A stretch of DNA of 58,998 nt, the filler included, from Basidioascus undulatus (Eukaryota): assembly GCA_000826855.1 (NCBI GenBank). It is 9 parts of 9 records of this genome, joined end to end, with 100 filler letters (N's around TTAATTAATTAA, not from the genome) between each part and the next. Parts side by side here need not be neighbours in the genome. Positions count along the whole stretch, not along the records: positions 1 to 6,484 come from JTLS01001731.1; positions 6,585 to 13,055 come from JTLS01001732.1; 7 more parts are not named here. One strand, 5' to 3'. How positions within the stretch are numbered: the first letter of the stretch is position 1; each line of letters starts with the position of its first letter. This document shows positions 1-11,311 of this stretch, one piece after another. The position numbers and the translations under genes were made by a program. The notes beneath the pieces were generated by a model. The model worked only from the letters and a program-made list of their open reading frames with translations. It was not told where the DNA came from and did no database searches.

Positions 1-13
1 GCTCTTCCGATCT
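1..13 (+). other. Illumina adapter remnant (GCTCTTCCGATCT)
   Basis: The first 13 nt exactly match the common 3' end of Illumina TruSeq adapters/primers (…GCTCTTCCGATCT) and sit at a contig start. Confidence 0.85.
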
Positions 14-562
14 CCCTCCACCCCTCCCCCGCCCGAGTCGTACGACCCCTCTCTCGCGCTCTACCCGCTCCACACCCGCACGCGGCGCGTCCCCGCGGGC
101 CTCCCGCCCTCCGCACTCACCCTCCCGCATTGGGACGACGCGACCTCCTCCCCTCCGCCGGGGTGCCCGCGCCCGCTCGACCCCTTCCGCCTCGTGCTCG
201 TCTACTCGCGCGCGGCCCTCGGCCCCGCAACCGCCGACGGCCTCCTCCGCGCCGTGTCTGCGCTCGCCCGCCCGCGTGCCCTCCGCCTCGCAATACGCGA
301 GCACGAGCGTGCGGCGCTTTCCCGCGACCCGGCGCGGCTCGTCAAAGGCGAGGTGCGCTTTCACCCGCTCGAGGGCGCGGGGAGGCCCGTCGTCGTACTA
401 GGCCTTGCGCCGGAGACGGTGCAGGAGTGGTTGGGGCCTGCGGTGAGGGGCGAGCTGGACGCGTTTGCGGGGCGCTGGGTCGACGAAGCGGACAGGAAGG
501 GTGTGGAGACGGTGCTGAGCGGCGCGGAGGACGGGGAGGAGGACGAGCAGGAGGGGTATTAG
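14..562 (+). CDS. 5'-truncated hypothetical protein (C-terminal ~182 aa)
   Basis: Frame is open from 14 to TAG at 560-562 with high GC3 (PSTPPPPESYDPSLALYPLH…GEEDEQEGY). GC drops sharply after the stop. No family recognised. Confidence 0.6.
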   Translation, partial: PSTPPPPESYDPSLALYPLHTRTRRVPAGLPPSALTLPHWDDATSSPPPGCPRPLDPFRLVLVYSRAALGPATADGLLRAVSALARPRALRLAIREHERAALSRDPARLVKGEVRFHPLEGAGRPVVVLGLAPETVQEWLGPAVRGELDAFAGRWVDEADRKGVETVLSGAEDGEEDEQEGY

Positions 563-1229
563 GGGTTGAAGGAGGGGAGCGGGCTCGTATAAGGGGGAAC
601 AGTCGTTAGTACTTCTCACTTCGCAGTCATTGGTACCACTCACTCCATCTATCCCTCTCCTTCCGAAATCTCCAGTTATCTTTCGCTTTTCACGTTTCAC
701 ATTCCGTTTTCCCCAAATTTATGCTCTTCGCTCTTTCTCCCAGGCTCTGTTCGTCGGGTTTGCTTCGTTTCGGTTCACATTGCACTGCAGAATACCCACC
801 CACCCACTCGCCCCTTGTCTCCGAATTTGCCAACCTTTCCACCACGTCGTCATGTACCACGACAAACTTCCTTATGATACCCTTGGACAGTAGCAGAAAC
901 ACCACAATGTTCATATCACGTCTCCGCTCGCAATGTGATGCGGGAGGAGCGGCGAGGCATCTGCGGGATTGCCTGTGGACTCGTTGATAAGGAAGACCGG
1001 AAACTATGCACCGTGTCGGACTACTCGTTGAAAGTCTGCCAAGTAATATGAGCACCAGAGAAGGGAAGCCTCAAGATGGGAGCAAACCGTCGACCCCTTC
1101 TAACATGCCCCAGGCCGTCCTTTCCCTTGGGCCACAGCCATCGCCACAAGCACTTCCACTTCGCCGCACTCAGTGGTCCCAATCGCACAACGTCAGTTCA
1201 TACCCTTCCCCCTCGATCATAACTTCACT

Positions 1230-2323
1230 ATGGTCGCTTTTTCCGATCTCCCTTTCGAGCTGCTCGGCGAGATCGCTTCGCACCTACACGTCTACCAGCG
1301 GTGCTTTCCCCCCAAAATGGACATCTCGGAGCGCCATCTGCAGGCATTCTCACTGGTAGACCGAGCTTCTCGGAGGGCTGCTCTGCCTCCTTTTTCACTC
1401 CATGAGCATAGGCACCGTAATGAAGCTCGAGTTCTTCACCTCAGATGAGGGCATGGGGATGCTGGAGCTGGTACGGGGCGTCGTGATGCGATTCGTACAC
1501 CTTACATTATCCTTGACAGCGCTTTCGCAGAGGACTCGAGGTCTTCTGTGACGTCGCGTCTAGCGATGCTCTGAACGGTTTACTCTAGAAGTGCACCTCT
1601 TTGCAGTGCCTTTTGCTGAGCCCGGTGGATGGCACGAACTTCGCCCAATGGAACCCTTCGCTGCTCGGCTCATTCGAGAACATCACCACGTTCTTCTACA
1701 ACGGCAGGTAGACCGACCTGCTGATCTCACACTTCCCGAATATCAGACGCGTCTGTCCGTGGACTTACAAAGGGCCTGCGAATCGTGACGCACTCGCACG
1801 GCTTCTCGATGCACTGGCGAGCACATCCCTTCTCGTGGTTGATCTCCATTGTTTCGCTCTCGCCCCTTCGGAAAGCGATATCATAGACTTGGCCGACAAA
1901 GCTCGGAACCTGCAATATTTCGAACGGGCCATGGGTGATGCCGTCTTGATTCTGCCCCAACCGTACGACATCTTCCTCTCACGTGGATATTCCCACTCTT
2001 CGCTAACATAGTTCCGTCATTCCTCCCTACTCAAAGTTCTATATTTACATTTAATGGCCCCGCTCACCAATCTGGGTCGGCTCTGCCTGCCGGCTGGTCT
2101 GGACCGCCACCTGCATACCCTCGTACGGCATCAAGACATCAATGACTCCCGGAAGGCTCTTTCCGATCAGGTTAAGAGCTACACAGAGAACTTCCGAATC
2201 TCTAGCAGCCCCGGCAAGGCTGTGCAATGTTCAGCATTCGCATGGTGCACGGGGCCATGGCGGCCAAACTTGAGCATGTCGATTCTAAATGGGTGCATAT
2301 TGAGGAGCGGTGAGAGGCAATAG
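1230..2323 (+). pseudogene. F-box-like protein, apparently disrupted
   Basis: ATG at 1230 gives MVAFSDLPFELLGEIASHL…LVDRASRRAALP, an F-box-like start. The natural continuation LLFHSMSIGTVMKLEFF is in another frame after ~1385 with no intron. Downstream pieces are fragmented and the end is approximate. Confidence 0.5.
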
Positions 2324-3133
2324 CCTATGCAATGGACGAAGGTATAACTTCCATGCATTTTTTTGCCATTATATCATGCTGCGCTGGGAGGTCTAGGCAG
2401 ACGCGTGTAGCGAAAGAGAAGGGCACTTCGCACTCCACAGCCTGTGGTGGGTAACTCGGGCATTGCTGCCAGGTGTACCTGTGGCTAAGCGTACTTTGAA
2501 TGTCACCACCAACCACCTACCCACCTCTCTCCTGTTTTGGTTGGACTGAAACATGTCTAGCTCTTGCGTCACAAACGGTCACGGAACAGCGGTTCGCCTC
2601 GACATGGAGATTACTCGCGCTATTAATTTTGCCGTTTCTGAGCATGTTGTCTCTCTGAGACAGTCCTTAGTGACCTGAGGCCTGTGCATCTTGTCGAAGG
2701 GATGCCGTGGTTCGATACTTTTGCGACAGACTTACAACCAATGGCGTGGAAAACAACTGCGCAGAACGGCAACAAGGCTACAAGCAAATACACATTGGAT
2801 GTAATGTTCATTTATGCAGTAGATGTTGCCCCAAGCTTGTGCGCGCGCTACTCGAGCTCCTCCAACTCGGTTAAGAGGCATCCTTTTTGACGTCTTCTTG
2901 GAATTCAGGTCCTGAAAAACATCATAAAACCGGAGAGAGATTACCAGCAGTCGTCAACGATCAGGTTGCGATGGTGCTGGCAGACAATGGCATTTACCAG
3001 CGCCTCGGCGATGTCTGCGGGTTCACCCCGAAACCAGGCTTTTGAGCCTCCTCCCCGTTTACCGAACAGTCGATAGCGACAAAAAAAAATGCTCGATGGC
3101 ATGAAGACTTTTGCGGCTGTACGCTAACTCAGC

Positions 3134-3733
3134 TTGGATGTTGCGTCATTCAGTGCGTATACGAACCTACGCGGAACTGCCTGCTTGCAGGCGATCATGA
3201 CAACCTCAATCGGGTACTCTTTGACGGCTCCTTCCAGGTGCGTTTCCTCATATCGGGCCATGGCGTACTTGCGTTCCGGCATGTCGTACATTGTTGAACG
3301 GAACATGCTGCTACTACTCCAGCCCAACGGGCGTGACGGAGCAGGTCAACCTGTGGACGAAACGGCGCACGAGCTGTACGTTTTTCTTTGCCTGCTGGAG
3401 AACCGCCTGCCTTTGCCGCCCATCAAGCGCAACATCGACGACGCCATGAAGATGTTGGGACTGCCTCACAAATACGATTGCCCCCGGGCTCTCGCTATTG
3501 CAGGCTTATTTCTGGAGCGTGTCGTCACCTGGAACGGAAACGAATCGCAACGGATGCGCGCCTACGTCGCAGCTGGAAAGTATCAAGTGAAGGACACTCG
3601 AAAGGAGCTGCTTCCGTGGACTCAAGATTGCTCTCTCAAAGACCTGTCTGAGGAAGAAGCAGGGATAATGGGGCCAACTGCTTTCAGGGAGCTGGTGTTC
3701 GCCCGGATGAGGGGATCGCCAACGGCCTGGTAA
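3134..3733 (+). pseudogene. BTB/POZ-like fungal protein, probably degenerate 5' end
   Basis: AYLRSG…PVDETAHELYVFLCLL…LPHKYDCP…AYVAAGKY resembles basidiomycete BTB-like proteins. There is no clean start or upstream exon structure. Confidence 0.4.
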
Positions 3734-4969
3734 GGGTTGGGCGGTGGTAGAGGTCGGACAGTTTTGGCGTATTAGTGAACTTGCGCTACTTCGGACCATA
3801 GACGGACGTAGATAGACCTTGCAACCCTTTCATGCCTTTATCTCGAGTTCGCGCGCTTTCGATCACCTTTCTTTGGCTGTACACAAAAAGATGATACATT
3901 AATTTCCACATCAAGCTATCAGGATCTGGGTCGACAAGGCGAAGCTTAAGAGAACAGCAAAATACGTGCCTGGAAGATCTGAAAACGTAGACGTAGATCA
4001 GCGACGTTGCAATGTAGACGTAGTCGTGAACTACGTACTAGCCAGCCACGTCTACGTTCACGTTCCAGCGCAAGTTTTCTATTGGGTGCTTTCTATGTTC
4101 TCCTCTTCTATTGAGTTGGCCCCCTTGGCCCCTTGAGCTATGCATAAAGCCGTTGGGCCACTATTGAGCTCGCAATTTGGCTTCGTCCCAGATGCACGGC
4201 GTTACAATGTTCGCCTGTACCACTCTACTGACAACCTGTGCGTGTAGTGATATAAAGCTTACGAAGGATTTATGGGTGGGAGAGGGGAAGCGAAGCAGAT
4301 GCGGGGGGAGAGTATTAAAAGCAGGGCTTCGCAGAGAAGGTATGCCTCAAGTTCCTGAAATGGCGTTGTACTACCGTTGCGGCATCTAGACGGGTAATAG
4401 CGTATGCAAAGCGCACCGATGCCTTATGATTGAAGTTTATAAGGAGGAGTGAGGAAGAGCAAGAGCAAGAGCCTCTGGGGGTACTACATGCAAGTGGGTG
4501 TAGAGGTGAAGTGCCAACTCGAGCAGCGCATCCGTCATGTCTTCTCCATGCCAACTGCGTTCGCTGGCCCACGTCCTTTGTATGGCACTGCATAGCTATA
4601 AAGCGTGGACCTTGACATAATTGAGGCGTATTCTTGGTAGTTGAAGTCATTTACGGGCTTAAGTAAGAAAGAGTATTAGGTGGTGTGGCTTAACTAACTA
4701 CTTGACGGGCTACGCACTCATCTTGCACTCCGTGTCTGTACGCAGATCATTGTGGCAAGATATGTAGCAAATGTTTGCATTGAAAACACATAGATGCGAA
4801 TGGGTAAATGAAACAGGACAGGATTATCAACAGCAAGGTGTCGCTGCGCAGCACAGCCGACGTCGCGAAGCTGGATGTGGTGTGCATGTTAGTGACTGAA
4901 AGGAGACAGGCAAGAAGCGCAGTAAGATGAAATCTCATAGTGCACGAGGAAGAAAGTAGAACGAAAAGT

Positions 4970-6484
4970 CTAATGAATACGAGGAAATCCGTGAGGAAAT
5001 TTCATGTGCATATTTTGCTTCGGCCTGCACGAACGGAAGAGGGTCATTTCAATGCGACAGCGACACGACGAGAACAGAGAATGCACTTACTTCCTGAGCG
5101 GACCCGGCTTCTTCCACTTCATGGTGGTCGATTGAAGGGCCGTGTCGCGGTCGTCGTATTCCTTCACAGCACTGCGCTCCTCCCGCTCGAGGTCAAGACC
5201 GAGATCGACATCGTTGCCGACATTGATACCCTCACCGTTGTTGGGCGCGCGGCGGTCGTGCTTCTTCTTGCCCTTGTTGTGGTGGTGGTTCTCGCGGTGG
5301 TGCGGGTAGAAGGGCACGTCGTCATCCGAGTTGCTGTCGTCGTGCGAGCGGCGGCGTCGGCTGCACCCGCCGTGGTGGTTCTTGTTCTTCTCCCGCTCCC
5401 TGTGCGGGGCCTGGAGGAACCCGTGCGAGTCCTTCCCGCCCGAGTGGTGGTTCCGGAGCTTGTCGAGGTCCATGTACGAGTCGACCTCGTTGTCGATGTT
5501 GAAGCCCTCGGGCGAGAACAGCCCGCGGCGCAGGCGCTGCTTCGCGCCGTCGCCCTCCTTGTTCAGTATGGGGATGCTCTCCTCGCCGCCGGCTAGGCGG
5601 TCCTTGAAGCTCTCGAGCCCCTCGTCCAAGTTCGTGTCCGCAACACTATCCATGTTAACGCCGTCGACAAGCTGGCGACGCGCGTACTTCTTGGGCTTCT
5701 CGACGAGAACGATTTTCTTTGGCCTGTGGGTAAGCGCGGACGCAGTCAGTTTCAGCCTGTTTCTCTCGACTTGTGCGGTGGCCTGATCGAGTACGTACTT
5801 CTTCTTCTCCTTCTTCTTCTTCTGCACCTCGTACTCCTCCTCAATCTTGTGGTGCTCAAACTCCTCCTGCTGAAACTCAAAGTCGATGTCGACGTCGTTC
5901 TCGATGTTGATCCCCTCCTTGGGCGCGAGCGGTGAAGCGCGACGGCTGTGCTTTTTCTTGCCCGCGTTGTTGTGGTGCTGGCGGTGTGGGAAGTAGGGGA
6001 CGTCGTCGTTGCCGCCCTTGCCGCCGATGCGGTGGCTCTCAAAGTCCTCGTGCTGCAGCTCGAAGTCGACGCCGACGTCGTTCTCGATGTTGATGCCCTC
6101 CTTGGGCGCGAGCGGCGAGGCACGGCGCTGGTACTTCTTGGGCTTCTCGACGAGGACGATCTTCTTCGGCCTGAAAACATTCCAGAGAGTCAGGATACAG
6201 AAGGTAGAGCGGTGATGAGCAAGACGACTTACTTCTTCTGCTTCTTCTTCTTCTTCTCCTCGACCTCCTCGTGCTCCTCGAGCTTGTGGCTCTCAAAGTC
6301 CTCGTGCTGGAGCTCAAAGTCGATGCCCACATCATTCTCGATATTGATCCCCTCCTTGGGCGCGAGCGGGCTCGCGCGCCGGTGCTTCCTTCCCTTGTCG
6401 TTGTGGTGGTGCTGACGGTGCGGGAAGTACGGCATGTCGTCGCCGCCGCCCTTGCCGCCGAGCTTCTTGTGCTTGAACTCCTCG
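4970..6484 (-). CDS. 5'-truncated repeat protein with RR-delimited modules (candidate Kex2-processed peptide precursor)
   Basis: Exons 6484-6233, 6170-5799, 5723-5091 and 5024-4970 (TAG). GT-AG introns 6232-6171, 5798-5724 and 5090-5025 are all phase 2. The unit RR|ASPLAPKEGINIENDV(G/D)(I/V)DFE occurs three times, plus diverged copies. Confidence 0.85.
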
Positions 6485-6584
6485 NNNNNNNNNNNNNNNN
6501 NNNNNNNNNNNNNNNNNNNNNNNNNNNNTTAATTAATTAANNNNNNNNNNNNNNNNNNNNNNNNNNNNNNNNNNNNNNNNNNNN
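6485..6584. other. Artificial contig spacer N44-TTAATTAATTAA-N44
   Basis: Identical 100-nt spacer with stops in all six frames, present 8 times in the window. Confidence 0.97.
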
Positions 6585-6708
6585 CTACCCTACCTCCTTG
6601 CCAGCCATGCTCCTCTATTCCTCTATTCCTCCCCCTCCTTCCCCCTATCCTCCTCGGCCTGCTTACAGCGCGTCTTGTCACAGAATCATCAACTAGTGCT
6701 ACTTTAGG

Positions 6709-9700
6709 ATGACATCCGCCTCGTCTGGTCCGCACATCAGCACCGGCGAGATCCCCTCTCAGAGCGCCGCCGCGAACCTGGTACTGGCGCAGGGACACAG
6801 CGCCGTCCCTGCCCCGCCCGTCGCAGACGTCTTCGCGACAGAGCTCGAGCAGCCCCGGCGTGTCTTCCTTGGGCCCATCCGGACATCCCCCAGCGCCAAG
6901 CGCACGGCGGCCCGTCGGCTCCATAGCGGGAGCGGCAGCTGGAGCACGTCGGAGGTGTGGGGGCGCGAGGCGCGCAGGCAGGGGAGCACCGCGACGGACG
7001 GTAGCGAGGCGGGCCAGTGGAAGGGGGACGAGTTCGAGATTGGGGCGGGGTTGAGGCCGCCGGAGGGCCAGGCGGGGGACGAGCAGGATCAACGGCCCGG
7101 GCATCATCGCAGAGTCTCGGAGCCCGAGTCGTTCGTCATAGCTGCGTCGGCGCCGCATAGTACGGTGGAGGGCGAGGAGGAGGAAGGGGAGGAGAGCGGA
7201 TCGACAGACGACGTTCCTGTCGTCACGGAGATCTTTACCGCATCCCCAACGCAGTCCCTACACGACGTCTCCCCCGTCTCTCTTCACCCGCCCGACTCCG
7301 GCGGCTCCAAACGCGCTCTCCTCCCGCCTTCCCCGTCTCTCCTCGCACACGCCCCCGCTTCCGCCCCGCCCGGCACGTCCGCGCCGACCAGCGGGGCCCC
7401 TTCCCTCCGAATCGACACCAAGCCCCTGCGCTCGGCGCTCAAGGAGCCCACCACGCTCTTCCCCTCCCTTCCCAAGTCCTCCGGCTTCCCCTCTTTCCGC
7501 GCCGGCAACAAGGACAAGACCGTCCAGTTCCCGCCATCCTCCCCCTCGACCGAGTTCGACCGCTCCCGCCGCTCCTTCAACAAGATCCTCGAGCCCCTTC
7601 GCCGGGGAAGCAAGATCCTCTCGACCGCCTCGTCTGGGGCTGCTCCGCCAGGCGATCAGGCGCCCGCCACGCCGAGCGAAGTCCTCAGCCGCGCCGGGAA
7701 AGTAGGGTTCGAGGCGGTCTTGCCGAGAGGCGAGCAGGAGGAGGTCGAGCAGGAGGAGGAGGACCCGCTTCTCCCTCCCCGCACGGCCCTCCTCCGCGAT
7801 CGCTTCCTGCTGCGATCGGCGTGGTGCAGGCACGAGGACTTGCCGAGGGTGTACGATGAGCGCGCGGCGCTGAAGTACCCGATGGACCGCGTCGATGACT
7901 GGGAGGAGGTCGTCGCCGTCTGGAGGAGCACGGGTTACGTCGACATTTACGCTGAACGGGTGTGTCCGCTTTCGTTTGCGCCTCTCCGTACCCCTACTGA
8001 CCCCTACGACACTGCAGTCTACGCCCTTCCGCAAGTCCAAGGAGCTCCGCTACTCGATCGTACGTTCCCAACTCAACTTACGTTGTGCCGTGAGCCCTAC
8101 AATCAACTTTACGCATGTTCTCTTCGCATTCCCGCAGGACCTCCTCCACCGCGAGACGACCATCAGCCTGTATGCGGCCGCGGACCTCTCGTTCGCGATC
8201 TGCTCGCCGCCGGTCCGACACCTCGCGCGCGTGTCCAAGCGCAGCGTCGCCCACCGCCGCGGCGGGGTCGGGACGAACGTATACCTTTTCAAGGCGCTGA
8301 CGGACGAGCGCGCGAAGGCGTGGCTATGGGGAATCTGGTGCATTCACTGCTCCTTCCGCTCCGCGACTTCCCTGACATCGATCGGTTGAACGATTCCGCA
8401 CCCTACAGGCGCGTAGTGAACCCCCAGCTCCCGCCCTTCCTCGACGTCACCATCCCTGCCATCCTTGCGCACATCCAGTTCCCTCTCCCCGAGCCGCCCC
8501 TCAACCACGCCACCGCGCGCGAGATCTTCCACGACAGGATCAAGGACATCTGCCGCCGGCTCACGGACCGGGTCGACATCGCGAACCTGCCCGACGAGGT
8601 CCGTAAGCAGAAACGCCTCGAACTCTGCTGGCGCCGCGGACAGTTCGGACTAGAGTGGCTCCGCGATGGCGCGGATTGGTGGGATGTGCTGAGCGGGCTG
8701 GCGATGGAGCAGGTGCTTTTGCGGCGCGAGGGTCGTGGAGGGAAGGGGGCAGGCTGAGGTGCTGATGGATGGCAGGGGAGCAGACGCATGTCAAGCCTCG
8801 ACTGGAGTTCCGCAAAGCCGAGCATGCACCGACTTCGGTTCGACTCGGGACGGACGAGATCTTGCAGGAGCCCCCGGCGGTTGAGGGCTTCCTCTGGCGG
8901 TGCGCTTGATGTGTACCTGCGTGTGCGCTCCAATCCCGCTGACAGTACGCGTTTCCCCCAGCATCAAGCCCGTCTCACAAGCCCGCGCACGTCTCTACGT
9001 CTCCTCCTACGACTCCCTCCTCTTTCTCTCCCGCCCCGGCAGCGCCGTCCCGCCCCCGCTCCCTTCCACCGCGCACCCATCTGACCCCGAAGCGGCGTGG
9101 GAGGACCTCTGCGCGGACGAGACGGAGCGTGCGGGACGGCAGATCCGGGGCGCGAGCGGGTTCGTCGACCTACGGAACGTCGTGCTCATCCGGCGGGCTG
9201 GGACAGGCCCGCTGGAGGGCGAAGGACGCGACGAAGGAAGGCGCGAGAGCGAGGTTGGGGACAGGCAGAGAAGGATGCCGCTGTTTGAGGATGGGGAGCT
9301 GTGGGACTCCGGCGAGCACGAGGGCGAAGATGGGGGAGATGTGGGCGGGGAGGCGGGCCTGGCGCAGACGAACGACCGCCCGGCCAGGAGGCTCGCCAGG
9401 CAGTTCGAGGTGGAGCTGCGGTCCGGGCGTGTGATTCGGTTCGAGGTTCGTTTCGTCGCTGTACTCATCCTTTGCATTCCACGCTAACGAACATCGAGCA
9501 GGCCTACTCGACCCGCCTCGCGCTCCTCTGGATCCGCCGACTTGCTTCGCTCGTCGTCTACTGGACCAAGCGCTCGCGCGTCGATGCCCGCCTGCTGATG
9601 GACATCTCCGCCGCCGCGGCGCCCTCGGCGTTCGCGATGCCCAGCCGCAAGAGACGCAAGTACGACGACCCTGACGCGGTCCCTGAGGACCCAGACGCAG

Positions 9701-10416
9701 CGGGACCGATGCTCGGCATCCTCTGGAACTGGACGATCCTCACCGGCGCGCGGCCGGTCGTCAAGATCGGGACGTGCTTTGCCAGGACAGGGACGAGGGG
9801 TCTGTGGAGGTGCGTAACGTTGCTTTCGGCTTTTACAGCACTCAAAAGCCTCTCGGTGCTGACTTCGGTACTTCGTCCATTTTCAGGGAATACGTTCACG
9901 TCCTCACCGCCGACGGCCAGCTGCACCAGTTCCAAATGACCGCGCCCCTTCCCAATCCGAACGACCCCCCGCCGAAGCCGTCTAAGAAGTCGGGCGACCT
10001 GCTCTTCCACCCGAAGAACGCGTCCATCTCGCTCCACCACGCGTACGTGATCGTCACGGACAGCGTGACGGAAGCGGGCGCGCGCGCGCCGTACAGGCTG
10101 TACGACGACGGGCTGGTCGAGCCCCAGAACGAGGCGGACGAGCTCGGCTTCGTCGTGTGGTGGCGCAAGGGGGCGGGGAAGAAGACGGTGGGCACGCTGG
10201 GGAAGAAGGGAAGGAGGAGGCTCGAGATTCGCGCGAGGAGCAGGGTGAGTTTCTTTTTGGTCGGATTGAGTATGCGGGTCACTGATGCGGGAATGGGGTG
10301 ACCAGGTTGAACGCGATCATTGGTGTTGGTGCCTTGGCGTGGAGATCCAACGACTTGCGGGCAACGACCCGGAGAGGGAGGAGTCCCTTCGGATGGCGGG
10401 CGGAGCATTGCCTTGA
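6709..10416 (+). CDS. SPO71: Spo71/Mug56-like PH-domain sporulation protein (multi-exon)
   Basis: Disordered N-terminus, then LLRDRFLLRSAW…LPRVYDE…WEEVVAVWR, GFVDLRNV, RQFEVELRSGRVIRFE|AYSTRLALLWIRRLASLVVYW, LWNWTILTGARPVVKIG and RARSR|VERDHWCWCLGVEIQRL. Multiple GT-AG introns; last exon ends at TGA 10414-10416. Confidence 0.75.
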
Positions 10417-11311
10417 TCATTTATTTCTAATTATTCTTCTGACGGTTTCCTTCTCTTGCGTTGCATTAATAGTAATCTGACCTTATCATTAAGCATCACA
10501 CTTGGATCCATTGCGCGTCGCTGCGGTGTTGACTGTGAATCACAGGATAAGAAGGGCTGCCCTGCTCATCAAGCCTTTCCTCGTCTCTTCGACAAGCTCG
10601 GCGCTCGTGAAAATCAAAATTCTTCCAGAGCTCGCAGTGTGTTCATGGATTGCCTCAAAGCTGTGTCGCTCGTGGGAAGCGGAGCATTTCGTCCGTCGCT
10701 TGGGGCAGCGGGGGCGACACCTACTCTTCAATCCTTGATGAGGAATGAAGGGTCTTCCTAATCTTTATAGTTTCTCACCAAAGGAAGATGCTTGAAATGT
10801 ACTTCGTTTGAGACCTTATGCTGGGGTTTCGTCGTGCACGAACCACGAACCGCGGATGTGCCTCAAAGGCCTCAAAGGCAAGTCAAAGGCGAAGGGGCGG
10901 CAAGCGCTGGCCGGCGTTGTCTCTTGCCCCCTTTCCATCATCATCTGCTTATCTGACCGTCTTTGCAGGCTTACGGCTCATCCTGAATCAGGATGCTTGT
11001 TGGGCGATTTGGAAACTCATGTTGCGGTCTGAATGCTAACGGACGCATGCCACTGACCGGACTGGACGTACTTTTCGAACTGACCGTCGTCGACGACTGA
11101 CCCGCTCGAAAACGAGGCCAGCTCAACTAGCGCCGTCCGCCCCTGCACACGCACAACATGCTCCTTCCCTCGCACACACAGAATGTGCCCTTCAAAAACA
11201 CTCTCCCCCGCCATCTCTTTCGCTTTCGTGTTGCTCTCCCCTTCGTTCGCTTGCTCGCTCGCTCCTCGCCGTCCTCCCGCTCGTCGACAACAACCCCCCA
11301 CTCCCATCGCC

